From: Bdellovibrionia bacterium
GTDB lineage: Bacteria > Bdellovibrionota > UBA1018
Assembly (NCBI GenBank): GCA_045805065.1
Contig: JBJMMA010000251.1
Location: 1-36,452, forward strand
Length of the DNA: 36,452 nucleotides
Reading direction: 5' to 3'
The notes beneath the pieces were generated by a model that was not told the origin of the DNA, made no database searches, and saw nothing but the letters and a program-made list of their open reading frames with translations. A program made the position numbers and the translations under genes. Numbering within the stretch: position 1 is the stretch's first letter; each line of letters begins with the position of its first letter. This document shows positions 9,087 through 18,129 of the stretch, in pieces.

Positions 9087-10707
9087 GAAGTTTGAAGCAC
9101 CAACGATCCAAGAAGCACTCGAGACCATTAAGCGTGAGCTAGGTCCAGAAGCGATTATTCTTCAGACAAAGAAGAACAAGCGCGGATTCGGGCTTCTTTC
9201 CAAGGACTCGGTGGAAGTCACCGCCGCGGTCTCTGAGCGCTCTTTGCAAAAAAAGGAGTTTGCTGAAAAGAGGCTGCCTCCAACGACCAAAGAGGCCGTA
9301 AGCAGAATGCCTGCTGACCGCCAGGCTGATTTTTTGAACAAGTATTCGGAGAAGTCGACACCCAAGCAGCCGCAACGAGCTGCTCCAAAAAATGTGGCGA
9401 ACTCCTACTCAAGCAGCGCTCGAGGAGCCGGTGCAGAATCTGCTGGCGCACCGATCGATGCACTGATGCGTTCCGGTGCACGCTCTCAAGATCGGGTCGA
9501 AGTGACGGCACGTCCTCAAGCCCAAAGCCACGCACAAGCGCAAGCACAGGCTCGCGCGCAGGCGCAAGCTCAGGCTCAAGCAGCGCAGCAACAAGCCAGA
9601 CGTGCTGCTCAGCAGGCTTCAGTGCTGCAGAATTCAGCGCCGCAGGCTTCTGCAGGGCAAGGGCAATCCAAGCGCCTGACCGCAACTCGCTACATCGATA
9701 TTGATGGCCACGAAGTGGAAGAGCGGATCGCAAACGCTGCGCCTAAGATGACGATGGAGGAGGAAGTTCGCCTTCTCAAGCGCATGCTCGAAGAGCTCAA
9801 GACCTCTCAAGATAACCAAGTGCCGAGTGGTTCGGGAGCGCAAGCTCTGATGAATCCAGGTGCAGCACAAAATGCAAATGGATCGCTTGCGACGCCTGCG
9901 CTTCAAGATGCTTATGAGCAGCTTGTGCTCAACGGAATTGATAAACGCTATGCCTGGAATCTGCTCAAGCAGGCTTCGTTTGAACTGGGTGATGATCGCG
10001 CAAACAATCCGGACGACGTTCTGGATCAGGTCGCGGCCGAAATCATGCAAAGCACCGAAATCGGCGCGCCTCTTTCTGAAGCTATCGCTCGTGCGGATGC
10101 AACAGATACGCGAGTCGCTGGCGGTCCGGTGATTCTGGCTCTCGTTGGACCCACCGGAGTAGGGAAGACAACAACAGTTGCCAAGATGGCTAGCGAAGCG
10201 CTTCTTCGCCGCAATCTCAAAGTTGGTCTGATCAACCTGGATAGTTATAAAGTCGCCGCATTTGACCAACTGGGAACCTACGCGAAGATCCTCAATGTGC
10301 CATTTCGCTCCTGCGGTTCGGCCGACGAGCTTCGCGCTGCGATTCAGGACTTTCAATCACTCGACCTTGTGATTGTGGACACGACGGGACGCTCACAACG
10401 CGATCCTGAGCAGCTGAAAGAAATGCAGGGGCTTTTGGGTCAGATCCCGCAGCTTCGGACGCAGCTTGTTTTATCGGTTACGACCCGCGATGCTGAGCTT
10501 TACGACATGGCCAATCGCTTTTCGATGTTTCGTCCGCAAGGAATCATCGTCTCGAAACTCGACGAAGCAACGATTTACGGCTCGATCTACAACGTTTCTC
10601 AAAAAGTTAAGCTTCCGCTTCTTTATTTCACCACCGGACAACGCGTGCCGGAGGATATTGAAGAGGCAAGCCCTGAGCGCGTGGCAGCTTTGATTTTGGA
10701 TTTGTAA
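9076..10707 (+). CDS. flhF: Flagellar SRP-family GTPase FlhF
   Basis: N-terminal MQVKKFEAPTIQEAL...ELGPEAIIL; P-loop GPTGVGKTTT; DTTGRS, SKLDE and TTGQRVPEDI. Confidence 0.96.
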   Translation: MQVKKFEAPTIQEALETIKRELGPEAIILQTKKNKRGFGLLSKDSVEVTAAVSERSLQKKEFAEKRLPPTTKEAVSRMPADRQADFLNKYSEKSTPKQPQRAAPKNVANSYSSSARGAGAESAGAPIDALMRSGARSQDRVEVTARPQAQSHAQAQAQARAQAQAQAQAAQQQARRAAQQASVLQNSAPQASAGQGQSKRLTATRYIDIDGHEVEERIANAAPKMTMEEEVRLLKRMLEELKTSQDNQVPSGSGAQALMNPGAAQNANGSLATPALQDAYEQLVLNGIDKRYAWNLLKQASFELGDDRANNPDDVLDQVAAEIMQSTEIGAPLSEAIARADATDTRVAGGPVILALVGPTGVGKTTTVAKMASEALLRRNLKVGLINLDSYKVAAFDQLGTYAKILNVPFRSCGSADELRAAIQDFQSLDLVIVDTTGRSQRDPEQLKEMQGLLGQIPQLRTQLVLSVTTRDAELYDMANRFSMFRPQGIIVSKLDEATIYGSIYNVSQKVKLPLLYFTTGQRVPEDIEEASPERVAALILDL

Positions 10708-10709
10708 CT

Positions 10710-11735
10710 ATGAGTGACCAAGCTGAGACTCTTCGCAGGCTAATGCAGCAACGCCCGTCCACATCCACTCGGGCACGTCATCACGACTATCACGTCGATA
10801 TGACGCCAACCCGGTGCGCACCCGTACTGACCTTTTCGAGTGGAAAGGGTGGAGTGGGAAAAAGCTGTATGTCCGCTCATCTTGCGACCATGCTCGCAAG
10901 ATCAGGACTTCGCGTGATGCTGGTGGATGGAGACTTTGGCCTGGCCAATCTCGACATTCTGCTCGGCGTGCAGCCTGCTGCAACCTTGGAGCAGGTGCTG
11001 GCAGGCGATGCCAAGCTCCAGGATGCCATCGTAGGAGTGGAGCCCAATCTCTGGTTGGTTCCGGCGGCCTCGGGCATCATGGATGTCAGACAGTCTGATT
11101 TCCTGACTCGCCAGAAGATCGCTCGTCTTTTTGATGACTGCCCCTGGGAGATGGATCTCATCATCATGGATGTCGGCGCAGGCATTCAGTCGAATGTTTT
11201 GTCGCTTCACAGCCCCGCATTCAAGAGTGTCATTGTTCTGACGCCCGAGCCTACTTCGCTCACGGATGCTTATGGATTAATCAAAACCCTGAGCAGAACC
11301 ACGTCTGTGGCCGAGTTTCATGTTCTTGTCAATCAAGTGACGGACGCTCGCGAGGCAAAGGCGACGTTTCAGCGACTGAAAGATGTCGCGGATCGATTCA
11401 TTGATGTTCGGATCGAATTTCTCGGACATTGCGAAAGAGATGAAAAAATCACACAAGCAGTGATGAATCGTAAAATTCTGTTAGACTGGAATAGTAACGA
11501 TGCGGGATCGGTAAGGTCCTTGCGATCGATAGCGGCAAGTGTGCAAGAGAAGTTTCTTGAACCTCAAGTCGCCAGAGAAGGTTACGAAAACCGCGAAAGC
11601 GAATCTGAAATGGCCGAGATCGAAAGCGGCGTGAAAGTCAGTTCGTTAGTAGGCAATACGGCAAGGTTCTGGAGAACCTTGCTGGTGCCGGATGCGGTTG
11701 CCCAAAACGTTGTAATGCATTCAACGCGGGCTTAG
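10710..11735 (+). CDS. flhG: MinD-like ATPase FlhG/FleN
   Basis: N-terminal DQAxxLR FlhF-activator helix, deviant Walker A SGKGGVGKS, VDGDFGLANLD, DVGAGI, TPEPTSLTDAY. Confidence 0.95.
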   Translation: MSDQAETLRRLMQQRPSTSTRARHHDYHVDMTPTRCAPVLTFSSGKGGVGKSCMSAHLATMLARSGLRVMLVDGDFGLANLDILLGVQPAATLEQVLAGDAKLQDAIVGVEPNLWLVPAASGIMDVRQSDFLTRQKIARLFDDCPWEMDLIIMDVGAGIQSNVLSLHSPAFKSVIVLTPEPTSLTDAYGLIKTLSRTTSVAEFHVLVNQVTDAREAKATFQRLKDVADRFIDVRIEFLGHCERDEKITQAVMNRKILLDWNSNDAGSVRSLRSIAASVQEKFLEPQVAREGYENRESESEMAEIESGVKVSSLVGNTARFWRTLLVPDAVAQNVVMHSTRA

Positions 11736-11810
11736 TGCGGTAAAAGTTTTTAAGAATAGAAGCCGGGCGGAGCCCGGCGGAGACTCTAGGGAAACCACAG
11801 GAGTGATAGC

Positions 11811-12833
11811 ATGAGGCTGAATCAGGGAATCCAGAAGTATCGCGAAACGTCCCGCTCGACCGCACCCCAAAAGACTGCAGGGAAGGACGCGGCAGCTCCT
11901 GCGAAAAACGGAAAAGTCACCGCCAAGAGCAAGGGCGCTGGCGCGACGACAACCGATACGATCGAGACGGCTGTCGAGGAAGTAGTTGCCGCCGAAGAGG
12001 CGAAGAAAGAAGAAGAGGCCCTTCAGCGCGAGATTGCTGAAGAGCTGGAGCGCGAGTCCGCGCAGACCAATCAGCTCGTTAAAGAAGATTTCTCTCCAAC
12101 GAACAGCACGCGTGAAAAGCTTGTTCTTGAGTACGCGCCACTGATCAAATACATCGCTCAAAAAATCGCGGCACGCCTTCCTGCCAATATTGAGCTCGAC
12201 GACCTGGTGAGCTCCGGCGTGATCGGCTTGATGGATGCGATTGAGAAGTATGATGCTTCTCGCGACAACAAGTTCAAGACCTATGCTGAGTTTCGTATTC
12301 GCGGCGCCATTCTCGATGAGCTTCGTGCTCAGGACTGGGTGCCACGCTCTGTGCGCGAGAAGGCAAAGCTTCTGGAGCGCGTTTACGCCAAGATCGAGCA
12401 GAAGAACGGTCGTCAGGCGACGGATGAGGAAGTCTGTGAAGAGCTCAAGATCTCACAGGACGAGTATCACGATCTTCTCAATCAAGTGAGAAGCGTCTCT
12501 CTTCTTTCTTACGACGATATCGCGAACTTTTCAAAAGCCGACAAGCGCTCGCTTCATGGCCTGGGCGAGGGGGGCTCTAAGTCTCCAACGCCGTTCAACG
12601 AAGTGAACGTCGCGTCCGTGAAAAAGTTGATCGCGTCCGCGATTCAGGATCTTCCTGAGAAGCAACGTCTCGTTCTCTCGCTTTATTATTACGAAGACCT
12701 CAACCTCAAAGAAATCGGCCGCGTTCTTGACGTGACCGAATCCCGCGTGAGCCAGCTTCATACGCAAGCGATCTTGCGCCTGAAGGGCAAGCTTCGGAAT
12801 CACTGGGACGAGTTCATCACGCTCTTTGGGTAA
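11811..12833 (+). CDS. fliA: RNA polymerase sigma28 factor FliA/WhiG, with long N-terminal extension
   Basis: DDLVSSGVIGLMDAIEKYD, FKTYAEFRIRGAILDELRAQDWVPRS, LYYYEDLNLKEIGRVLDVTESRVSQLH. Confidence 0.97.
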   Translation: MRLNQGIQKYRETSRSTAPQKTAGKDAAAPAKNGKVTAKSKGAGATTTDTIETAVEEVVAAEEAKKEEEALQREIAEELERESAQTNQLVKEDFSPTNSTREKLVLEYAPLIKYIAQKIAARLPANIELDDLVSSGVIGLMDAIEKYDASRDNKFKTYAEFRIRGAILDELRAQDWVPRSVREKAKLLERVYAKIEQKNGRQATDEEVCEELKISQDEYHDLLNQVRSVSLLSYDDIANFSKADKRSLHGLGEGGSKSPTPFNEVNVASVKKLIASAIQDLPEKQRLVLSLYYYEDLNLKEIGRVLDVTESRVSQLHTQAILRLKGKLRNHWDEFITLFG

Positions 12834-12853
12834 GCCCAAAAGCGCTTTCGCTC

Positions 12854-13324
12854 TTAAGGGCCAGGGCGGTAGAGATGCGCCTTTTGGATCTCTGCGCAGT
12901 AGTCCTGTAGTGCCTTTTCTTCTTCAGGGCTTCCAAAAGCGAACTTCACGCCAATACGGAAGTTGAACGCTTCGGTCGTGATGATGGCGCCGCATGCCGG
13001 TTGTTCCTGGCACCAGACGACGCATCCGGTGATTTGTATCTGGATCGGCTCGTCCAAGGTGATGACCACTTTGCATCCTGGGTTCATCGGCTCGGCGGCG
13101 TAGATTCCGATTCCGCTGGTGGATAAATCATTGAGGAGAACTCTGGCTTCAATGGTCTCGCCTTGCTCTCCGGTGGTGGTCGCTTGCACATGGGTTTCCT
13201 TGTTAGGAACGAGCCTCATCTGCGCGCGAACGCGTTTGAGATGGATCGGCCTCTTGAGCCGCTCCTGTTGACGTTTCTTCGCATTTTGAATTGCGCCTAC
13301 GCGCTGATTAGGTGCTTGCCACAT
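12854..13324 (-). CDS. Single-domain PilZ protein (putative c-di-GMP receptor)
   Basis: RxxxR (RQQER) and DxSxxG (DLSTSG) motifs, then VVWC...IGVKF; convergent on fliA. Confidence 0.75.
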   Translation of the reverse strand: MWQAPNQRVGAIQNAKKRQQERLKRPIHLKRVRAQMRLVPNKETHVQATTTGEQGETIEARVLLNDLSTSGIGIYAAEPMNPGCKVVITLDEPIQIQITGCVVWCQEQPACGAIITTEAFNFRIGVKFAFGSPEEEKALQDYCAEIQKAHLYRPGP

Positions 13325-13382
13325 ACGTTCAGTAGTCCTGTTGCTAATAAATTAAGGATGTAGAACCATTATGGCGCAGCGC

Positions 13383-13412
13383 GTCCGCGCTGAATAGAGT
13401 GTCAGCGCGGAC
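13383..13412. repeat. 11-bp inverted repeat (hairpin) between the barrel gene and the PilZ gene
   Basis: GTCCGCGCTGA-atagagtg-TCAGCGCGGAC; no U-tract on either side. Confidence 0.6.
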
Positions 13413-13464
13413 ACGTGGCAAAGCAGCTTTAAATCATCGATATTTATACCAAATAGAGGCGGTA

Positions 13465-14622
13465 TTAAATTTGGATTGCGAAACGAAGAGCGTAGCGACG
13501 GTCTTCGTATCCGCCTGCGTTCAAGGACATCTCTTCGCCATAGGTGGAGGCATCAATCTGGATGAACTTGAGATCGATTCCCAGGCCCGCGCAAGGGTAG
13601 CCTTGGTTGAGGCCTGCGCGCAGTGCGAAGATACTCAAATGCGTCTCACCACCCATATGGATCGTGCGATAGATGCTGCCATTGGTATTGTTGCCAAAGT
13701 CCGTGAACTCAAGCGCCAGGGTGGTGTTTTTGAGCACACCCATGGAGTCCTTTTCGGCTGCTACGCCAAAGTTGAAGGTACGAGGCTGCGAGGTAGGAAG
13801 GCTGGAAGGGGATGGGTTTCCGGCGGAATCCTTGATCGGCTTGAAACCGATGTTGGAGTACTTTCCGCCCAAGGCATTGTTGACCGCAAAGGCACCTGAG
13901 AAGTGCACTCCGGCCGGAGTGAAGTGGGTGAATTTGTATTCCATACCCAGATCAAGATCAGCGCCAGCGCCCTGGCCACCCGTCTTGGACGGTGCCAAGG
14001 ACTTGCCTTGGATCAGGTCAATGAAGGTAAAGCCCGTGTTGCTGGAGAGGCGATATTCGGCGTGGAGCGTGGTGCCGATCGAAAGTGAGTTGTCATCAAA
14101 GAACCTGCGTCCAACCGTGATGGCCGGACCGACATCCGTGATGGCCATAGGCTCGACATTGAAGCTTCGGCGAAGATTCACGTCAGACTGCGTGCTGGTC
14201 ACGACGGCGATCGCAAAGCCCCATTTGCCGTCTTGCCCTGGAGGCTTATAGAAGGCTGGGAAAGTGGTTTGCACGCGCGCATGGTAGTTGTCGCCCGCGT
14301 TGTCGCCTACATCCCGGTAAAAATCGGATCCGCCGTGAATCAGGCCCCCGACCGCTCCAGGAACGACAGACGATACTTCGACCATCGGATCAAGAAGCGT
14401 CACGCGCCATTCAGGATTATCCGTCACGCGAGCCGGGTTGAAGAAAAGGTTCTGATCATAAAGCCCGGTTGTGTAATTGACGTTACCCATGCCTTCGCCA
14501 CGGACGCTGGTGTAGGGGCGGAGGATCTGGTCTTGGGCCAGGGCCTGCAAGGAGGGAAGGGTGAGCAGGAGGGCCCAGGTTGCTGGAGCGAGTGCTGGTG
14601 AAAATTTGAATCTGCGAATCAT
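13465..14622 (-). CDS. Outer-membrane beta-barrel protein (TraF/PorV/FadL-like)
   Basis: Signal peptide; RGEGMG...LFFNPA N-terminal motif typical of FadL/PorV/TraF-type barrels; amphipathic strands; LRAGLNQGY; C-terminal strand RYALRFAIQI. Confidence 0.65.
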   Translation of the reverse strand: MIRRFKFSPALAPATWALLLTLPSLQALAQDQILRPYTSVRGEGMGNVNYTTGLYDQNLFFNPARVTDNPEWRVTLLDPMVEVSSVVPGAVGGLIHGGSDFYRDVGDNAGDNYHARVQTTFPAFYKPPGQDGKWGFAIAVVTSTQSDVNLRRSFNVEPMAITDVGPAITVGRRFFDDNSLSIGTTLHAEYRLSSNTGFTFIDLIQGKSLAPSKTGGQGAGADLDLGMEYKFTHFTPAGVHFSGAFAVNNALGGKYSNIGFKPIKDSAGNPSPSSLPTSQPRTFNFGVAAEKDSMGVLKNTTLALEFTDFGNNTNGSIYRTIHMGGETHLSIFALRAGLNQGYPCAGLGIDLKFIQIDASTYGEEMSLNAGGYEDRRYALRFAIQI

Positions 14623-14664
14623 CTTTGAGTTTCCTTGGGTAATTTCCTTGGGAGGTCCCTTGAA

Positions 14665-15537
14665 CTAAAACGTGCCGACGCCCAGGCTGACTAGAGTCTG
14701 ACGGAAGCAGCGATCCACCGCTGCTGTTGTTCCGATCGTGGTCGAATTGGATCCGAGCCCTTGAGTGATGCTGCTGAAATCGTTCAAAGCGCTTGAAAAG
14801 CGTCCACCTGCTCCAAGCTTCGTCATGGCATCCAAGCTGATGTAGATCGCGTCGTAAAGCTGACGAGTAGATGCTTGAGCGTTTGTGGGTTGAGTGGTCG
14901 CATCGATGCTTGAAGTGTTTCTAACCAGCGTCGCTCCAGAAGGGGCGTCACAGCCGGCCGTAATGGCACACGCTGCCGCAGATGCTGCCTTGCAGCTTGG
15001 CGATACAAGGTAGGTATAAGGAACTTGAGAAGTGCCTTCTGAGCCTTCAGCCAGAATCTCTGCAGCCAGAGAAAGGGAGGAGACGAATACGACAAAGTTC
15101 TTCAGGTCAGCGTTTTTAATGCTGCCATTTGCTGCAGCTGAGTAGGCTTTCCAGATCGCAACGCGCCTGTTGACGCCGGCACCAGGCGCGAGGCGGTTGG
15201 CGAAAATCGTCAGAGCCTGGCCCGTTCCTTTGTCGGAAAGATTGCCGACGAACTCCATGATCGCTCCCATGGATGCGCCTTCTTCATCAAGAGTGATGAA
15301 GCTTTCTTCGGCTGTAACGGTATCCAGGTAAGAGCTTGAAAGTTTTGAGTAGTTCTCGCGGGCGCAGGCAAAATCGCCTTTATCAAAGCATGCACGCGCA
15401 GCGGAAAGATATTGAGGATCCGAGCCCGGATTATCCAGCGGATCAAAAGCGTTGCAGCTGCTCACGCCCAAAAGAGCGATGGAGAGCGTAGAAAATGGGA
15501 CCAACATCCGCTTAAGCACAGGGTTCGCAATCAACAT
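14665..15537 (-). CDS. Putative lipoprotein, co-oriented upstream of the barrel gene
   Basis: Lipobox-like LLGVSS-C; ATG 15537 follows GAGGAG; several Cys pairs; helical character. Confidence 0.7.
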   Translation of the reverse strand: MLIANPVLKRMLVPFSTLSIALLGVSSCNAFDPLDNPGSDPQYLSAARACFDKGDFACARENYSKLSSSYLDTVTAEESFITLDEEGASMGAIMEFVGNLSDKGTGQALTIFANRLAPGAGVNRRVAIWKAYSAAANGSIKNADLKNFVVFVSSLSLAAEILAEGSEGTSQVPYTYLVSPSCKAASAAACAITAGCDAPSGATLVRNTSSIDATTQPTNAQASTRQLYDAIYISLDAMTKLGAGGRFSSALNDFSSITQGLGSNSTTIGTTAAVDRCFRQTLVSLGVGTF

Positions 15538-15981
15538 GAAATTTCGTCTCCTCACGAAGGATATTTAAAAAGCGTAAGGGGATCGCGCAGCTTTGTAAAT
15601 CAGCAAGATCACCCGAATTGCGATGCTTTCTTGAAGAGGTGATCAGAGCGCGAAGTTGGCCCGGGATTGTAGTGAGTTGGTCGGATTTGCGCGAGTTCTG
15701 TAAGAACATGGCGGGGCAGAGCGGCTCCATTTTCGCGCAAAACGAGAAGCTCGTCAGAGCTACGCCGGGGCTTCAGGTGGAGCGACGGACTAAGAGGATG
15801 TGTCCGGATTTTGACGGAGCTTTTGTGTCAGGGTTTTTTCATCGCAGCGGGCACGGAAGGCAGAGGTCTTGGTGCCGAAAAGAGGATCGTGATGGAAGTG
15901 CTTGTCGTGCTCAAGTGCAGATAATCACGAGTAAATTATGCTAAAATAAGATTAAAATACCATTGCCCCAGCTAAAATGAG

Positions 15982-16566
15982 GTGATAGATAAGTTTCAAA
16001 TGAGAAACCGCCAACTCTCTTTTCTGAAAGAAATGAAAGCATCCACCCGGCTCAACCATGGTGGAGAGCTTGGGAAAGGAAAGAGAAAGTCTCGCAGGCC
16101 ATTTGATCCTAAGCGCCCTCTTCATGTGGTGATGCGATCCACGCGAGCGCGAGGCAATTGGTCGATGTTGAGTCCTAAGAATCAGCGGAGAGTGAAAACG
16201 CTCGTTCAGGAAACTGCCGCAAAGCACGGCATTCAGCTTCTTCATTTCGCGAATGTTGGAAATCATCTTCACTTTCTTTTTCGTGCACGCCGAGTGGAGG
16301 CGATGAGAGCCTTTATGCGCGAAGTTTCTGGGAAGATCGCTTTTCAAATTACGGGATCGAGAAAGACCAGTCCGCTTTCAGGTAGGTTTTGGGATCATCT
16401 CCCTTACTCACGGGTTGTGAGCTGGGGGAACGATTTTAAAGCAGTGACTCGTTATGTGATTGGTAATCTCTTTCAGGCAGCAGGCCGCTGGAATAAAAAG
16501 AGAGATCCTCATCTCAAAGTGATCTTGCTCTCCATGCGAGAAGCAGGGCTCGGGCCACCAACATAA
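15982..16566 (+). mobile_element. HUH/Y1 tyrosine transposase, RAYT-like (IS200/IS605 TnpA superfamily), solitary
   Basis: LHVVMRS, HUH motif NHLHFL, FW...YSRVV and catalytic-Tyr motif RYVIGN; no tnpB nearby. The start could be ATG 16000. Confidence 0.8.
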
Positions 16567-16608
16567 CTTGAGGCTATGTTTTTCCGGGTAACTTGAGATT
16601 TTAGCGCT

Positions 16609-17256
16609 TTACTGAAGCTTAGGCAGCAAAGCCTTGACCTGCGCGCGAAGATCCTCAAGCGATCCATGGTTTTGGATTACAAACGATGCGACAGCACGCC
16701 GCTTTTCATCATCCATTTGAGAGGCGACGATACGGCGGGCAAGATCTTCAGCGCTATTGTCTCGAGCCATCAAACGAGCTAGGCGCACTGACTCGTCAGC
16801 GCTCACCACAATCAACCCGGCAAAGTCACGATAGCGCCCGGTCTCTACCAATAACGTCGCTTCATAAATGACGGGAATGACGGGGGCTGTACCTGCGGTT
16901 GCATTTGTTTGAGATTGCGTGCGGCCAGCGATCGTTGAATCGACTTGGGCTTCCATTCGACGAGCGCTCTCCGCGCGGATCAATGGATGCAGAATCGCCT
17001 CAAGCTCAGAGCGCGCAACCGGGTTCGCAAAAACGATCTCACGCAGGCGCTGAGCATCTGCTGTCCCAAAGCGTGCCACGATCGCATCGTAAGCGGCGCC
17101 ACCCGGAGCACGGAGCTCGCGCGCCACCTGATCGGCATCCAAAACTGGAACTCCCAGCTCAGCAAAGATCCGAGCCACCGTCGACTTGCCCGAGGCAATT
17201 CCGCCAGTGAGTCCCCAGATCTTAGCTTGAGCCTTTTTCGATTCGTTTGGCTTCAT
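16609..17256 (-). CDS. coaE: Dephospho-CoA kinase
   Basis: GLTGGIASGKST, LDADQVARE, LEAILHPLI, RLMARD, IVASQM. Confidence 0.95.
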   Translation of the reverse strand: MKPNESKKAQAKIWGLTGGIASGKSTVARIFAELGVPVLDADQVARELRAPGGAAYDAIVARFGTADAQRLREIVFANPVARSELEAILHPLIRAESARRMEAQVDSTIAGRTQSQTNATAGTAPVIPVIYEATLLVETGRYRDFAGLIVVSADESVRLARLMARDNSAEDLARRIVASQMDDEKRRAVASFVIQNHGSLEDLRAQVKALLPKLQ

Positions 17257-18100
17257 CCCAGTATCGATCCATTTCTTCGAGATTGGACTGCTCAGGAGTC
17301 TTGCCAGCTTCTTTCAAGCGGCGCTCCACATGTTTGAAGCGACTCTCAAAACGCACCAACGTGGAGCGAAGCGAATCTTCCGGATTGATCTTCATGAGCC
17401 ATGCGACATTGGCCAGGGTGAAAAACAAATCGCCGATCTCGCCCGAGAGCTTCTCACGGACCTGATCCGCTTCAGGAGACTTCTTGTCCAATTTCTCAAG
17501 CGCCAGGACTTCGGCCTTCATCTCGGCAAGCTCTTCATCGACCTTGGCCAGTGGGCCTTGCATATCTTCCCACTGAAAGCCGACTTTCGTGACCTTTTCC
17601 AAAACGCGGGCCGCGCGTTGCAGAGAAGGGAGGCCCTTTGGAACGCCATCCAGAATGCTGGCTTCTTTATTGTTCGCTTTCTCTTTGGCCTTTTGTTTTT
17701 CCCAGGTCTGAAAAGCGCTCTCTTCAGAATCGGCCTTCATCTCGCCAAAGACGTGCGGATGGCGGCGGATGAGTTTATCGTCCAAGGCTGCCGCGACATC
17801 GTAGATGTCAAAGGCGCCTTCCTCCTGAGTCATCTCAGAATGCAGAAGAACCTGCATGAGAAGATCGCCGAGCTCTTCTTGAAACGCCAGGCGGACCTTG
17901 TCCTTTTTCAGATCGTCCTTCGTGTGGATCTGATCGAGCACGTCCAAAACTTCATACGCTTCTTCGATCAAATACTGACGCAAAGACTGATGAGTCTGCG
18001 CACGATCCCAGGGGCAGCCTCCCGGCGCACGCAGACGGTGCACGGTTTCGATGAGACGGGCCAACGCCATGGACTTTTCAGACGGAGAATTTGAGGACAT
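17222..18100 (-). CDS. mazG: Nucleoside triphosphate pyrophosphohydrolase MazG
   Basis: LRAPGGCPWDRAQTHQSL, IEEAYE, EELGDLL, KLIRRHPHVFG, and a second domain with EIGDLFF. Confidence 0.96.
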   Translation of the reverse strand: MSSNSPSEKSMALARLIETVHRLRAPGGCPWDRAQTHQSLRQYLIEEAYEVLDVLDQIHTKDDLKKDKVRLAFQEELGDLLMQVLLHSEMTQEEGAFDIYDVAAALDDKLIRRHPHVFGEMKADSEESAFQTWEKQKAKEKANNKEASILDGVPKGLPSLQRAARVLEKVTKVGFQWEDMQGPLAKVDEELAEMKAEVLALEKLDKKSPEADQVREKLSGEIGDLFFTLANVAWLMKINPEDSLRSTLVRFESRFKHVERRLKEAGKTPEQSNLEEMDRYWDEAKRIEKGSS

Positions 18101-18129
18101 AAACCAGCCATATCATGTATAGGTGAATC

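Noticed and set aside
136..12839. Many long antisense or alternate-frame ORFs over the flagellar genes (e.g. 1439-2032, 3251-3898, 7539-8120, 9634-10356)
   Set aside because: They are shadows of well-conserved genes with biased codon usage and show no recognisable motifs or start signals.
15618..15944. 108-aa ORF upstream of the RAYT gene
   Set aside because: TTG start without SD, atypical composition and no motifs; more likely non-coding regulatory DNA.
17330..18094. 254-aa plus-strand ORF
   Set aside because: It lies wholly antisense to mazG.
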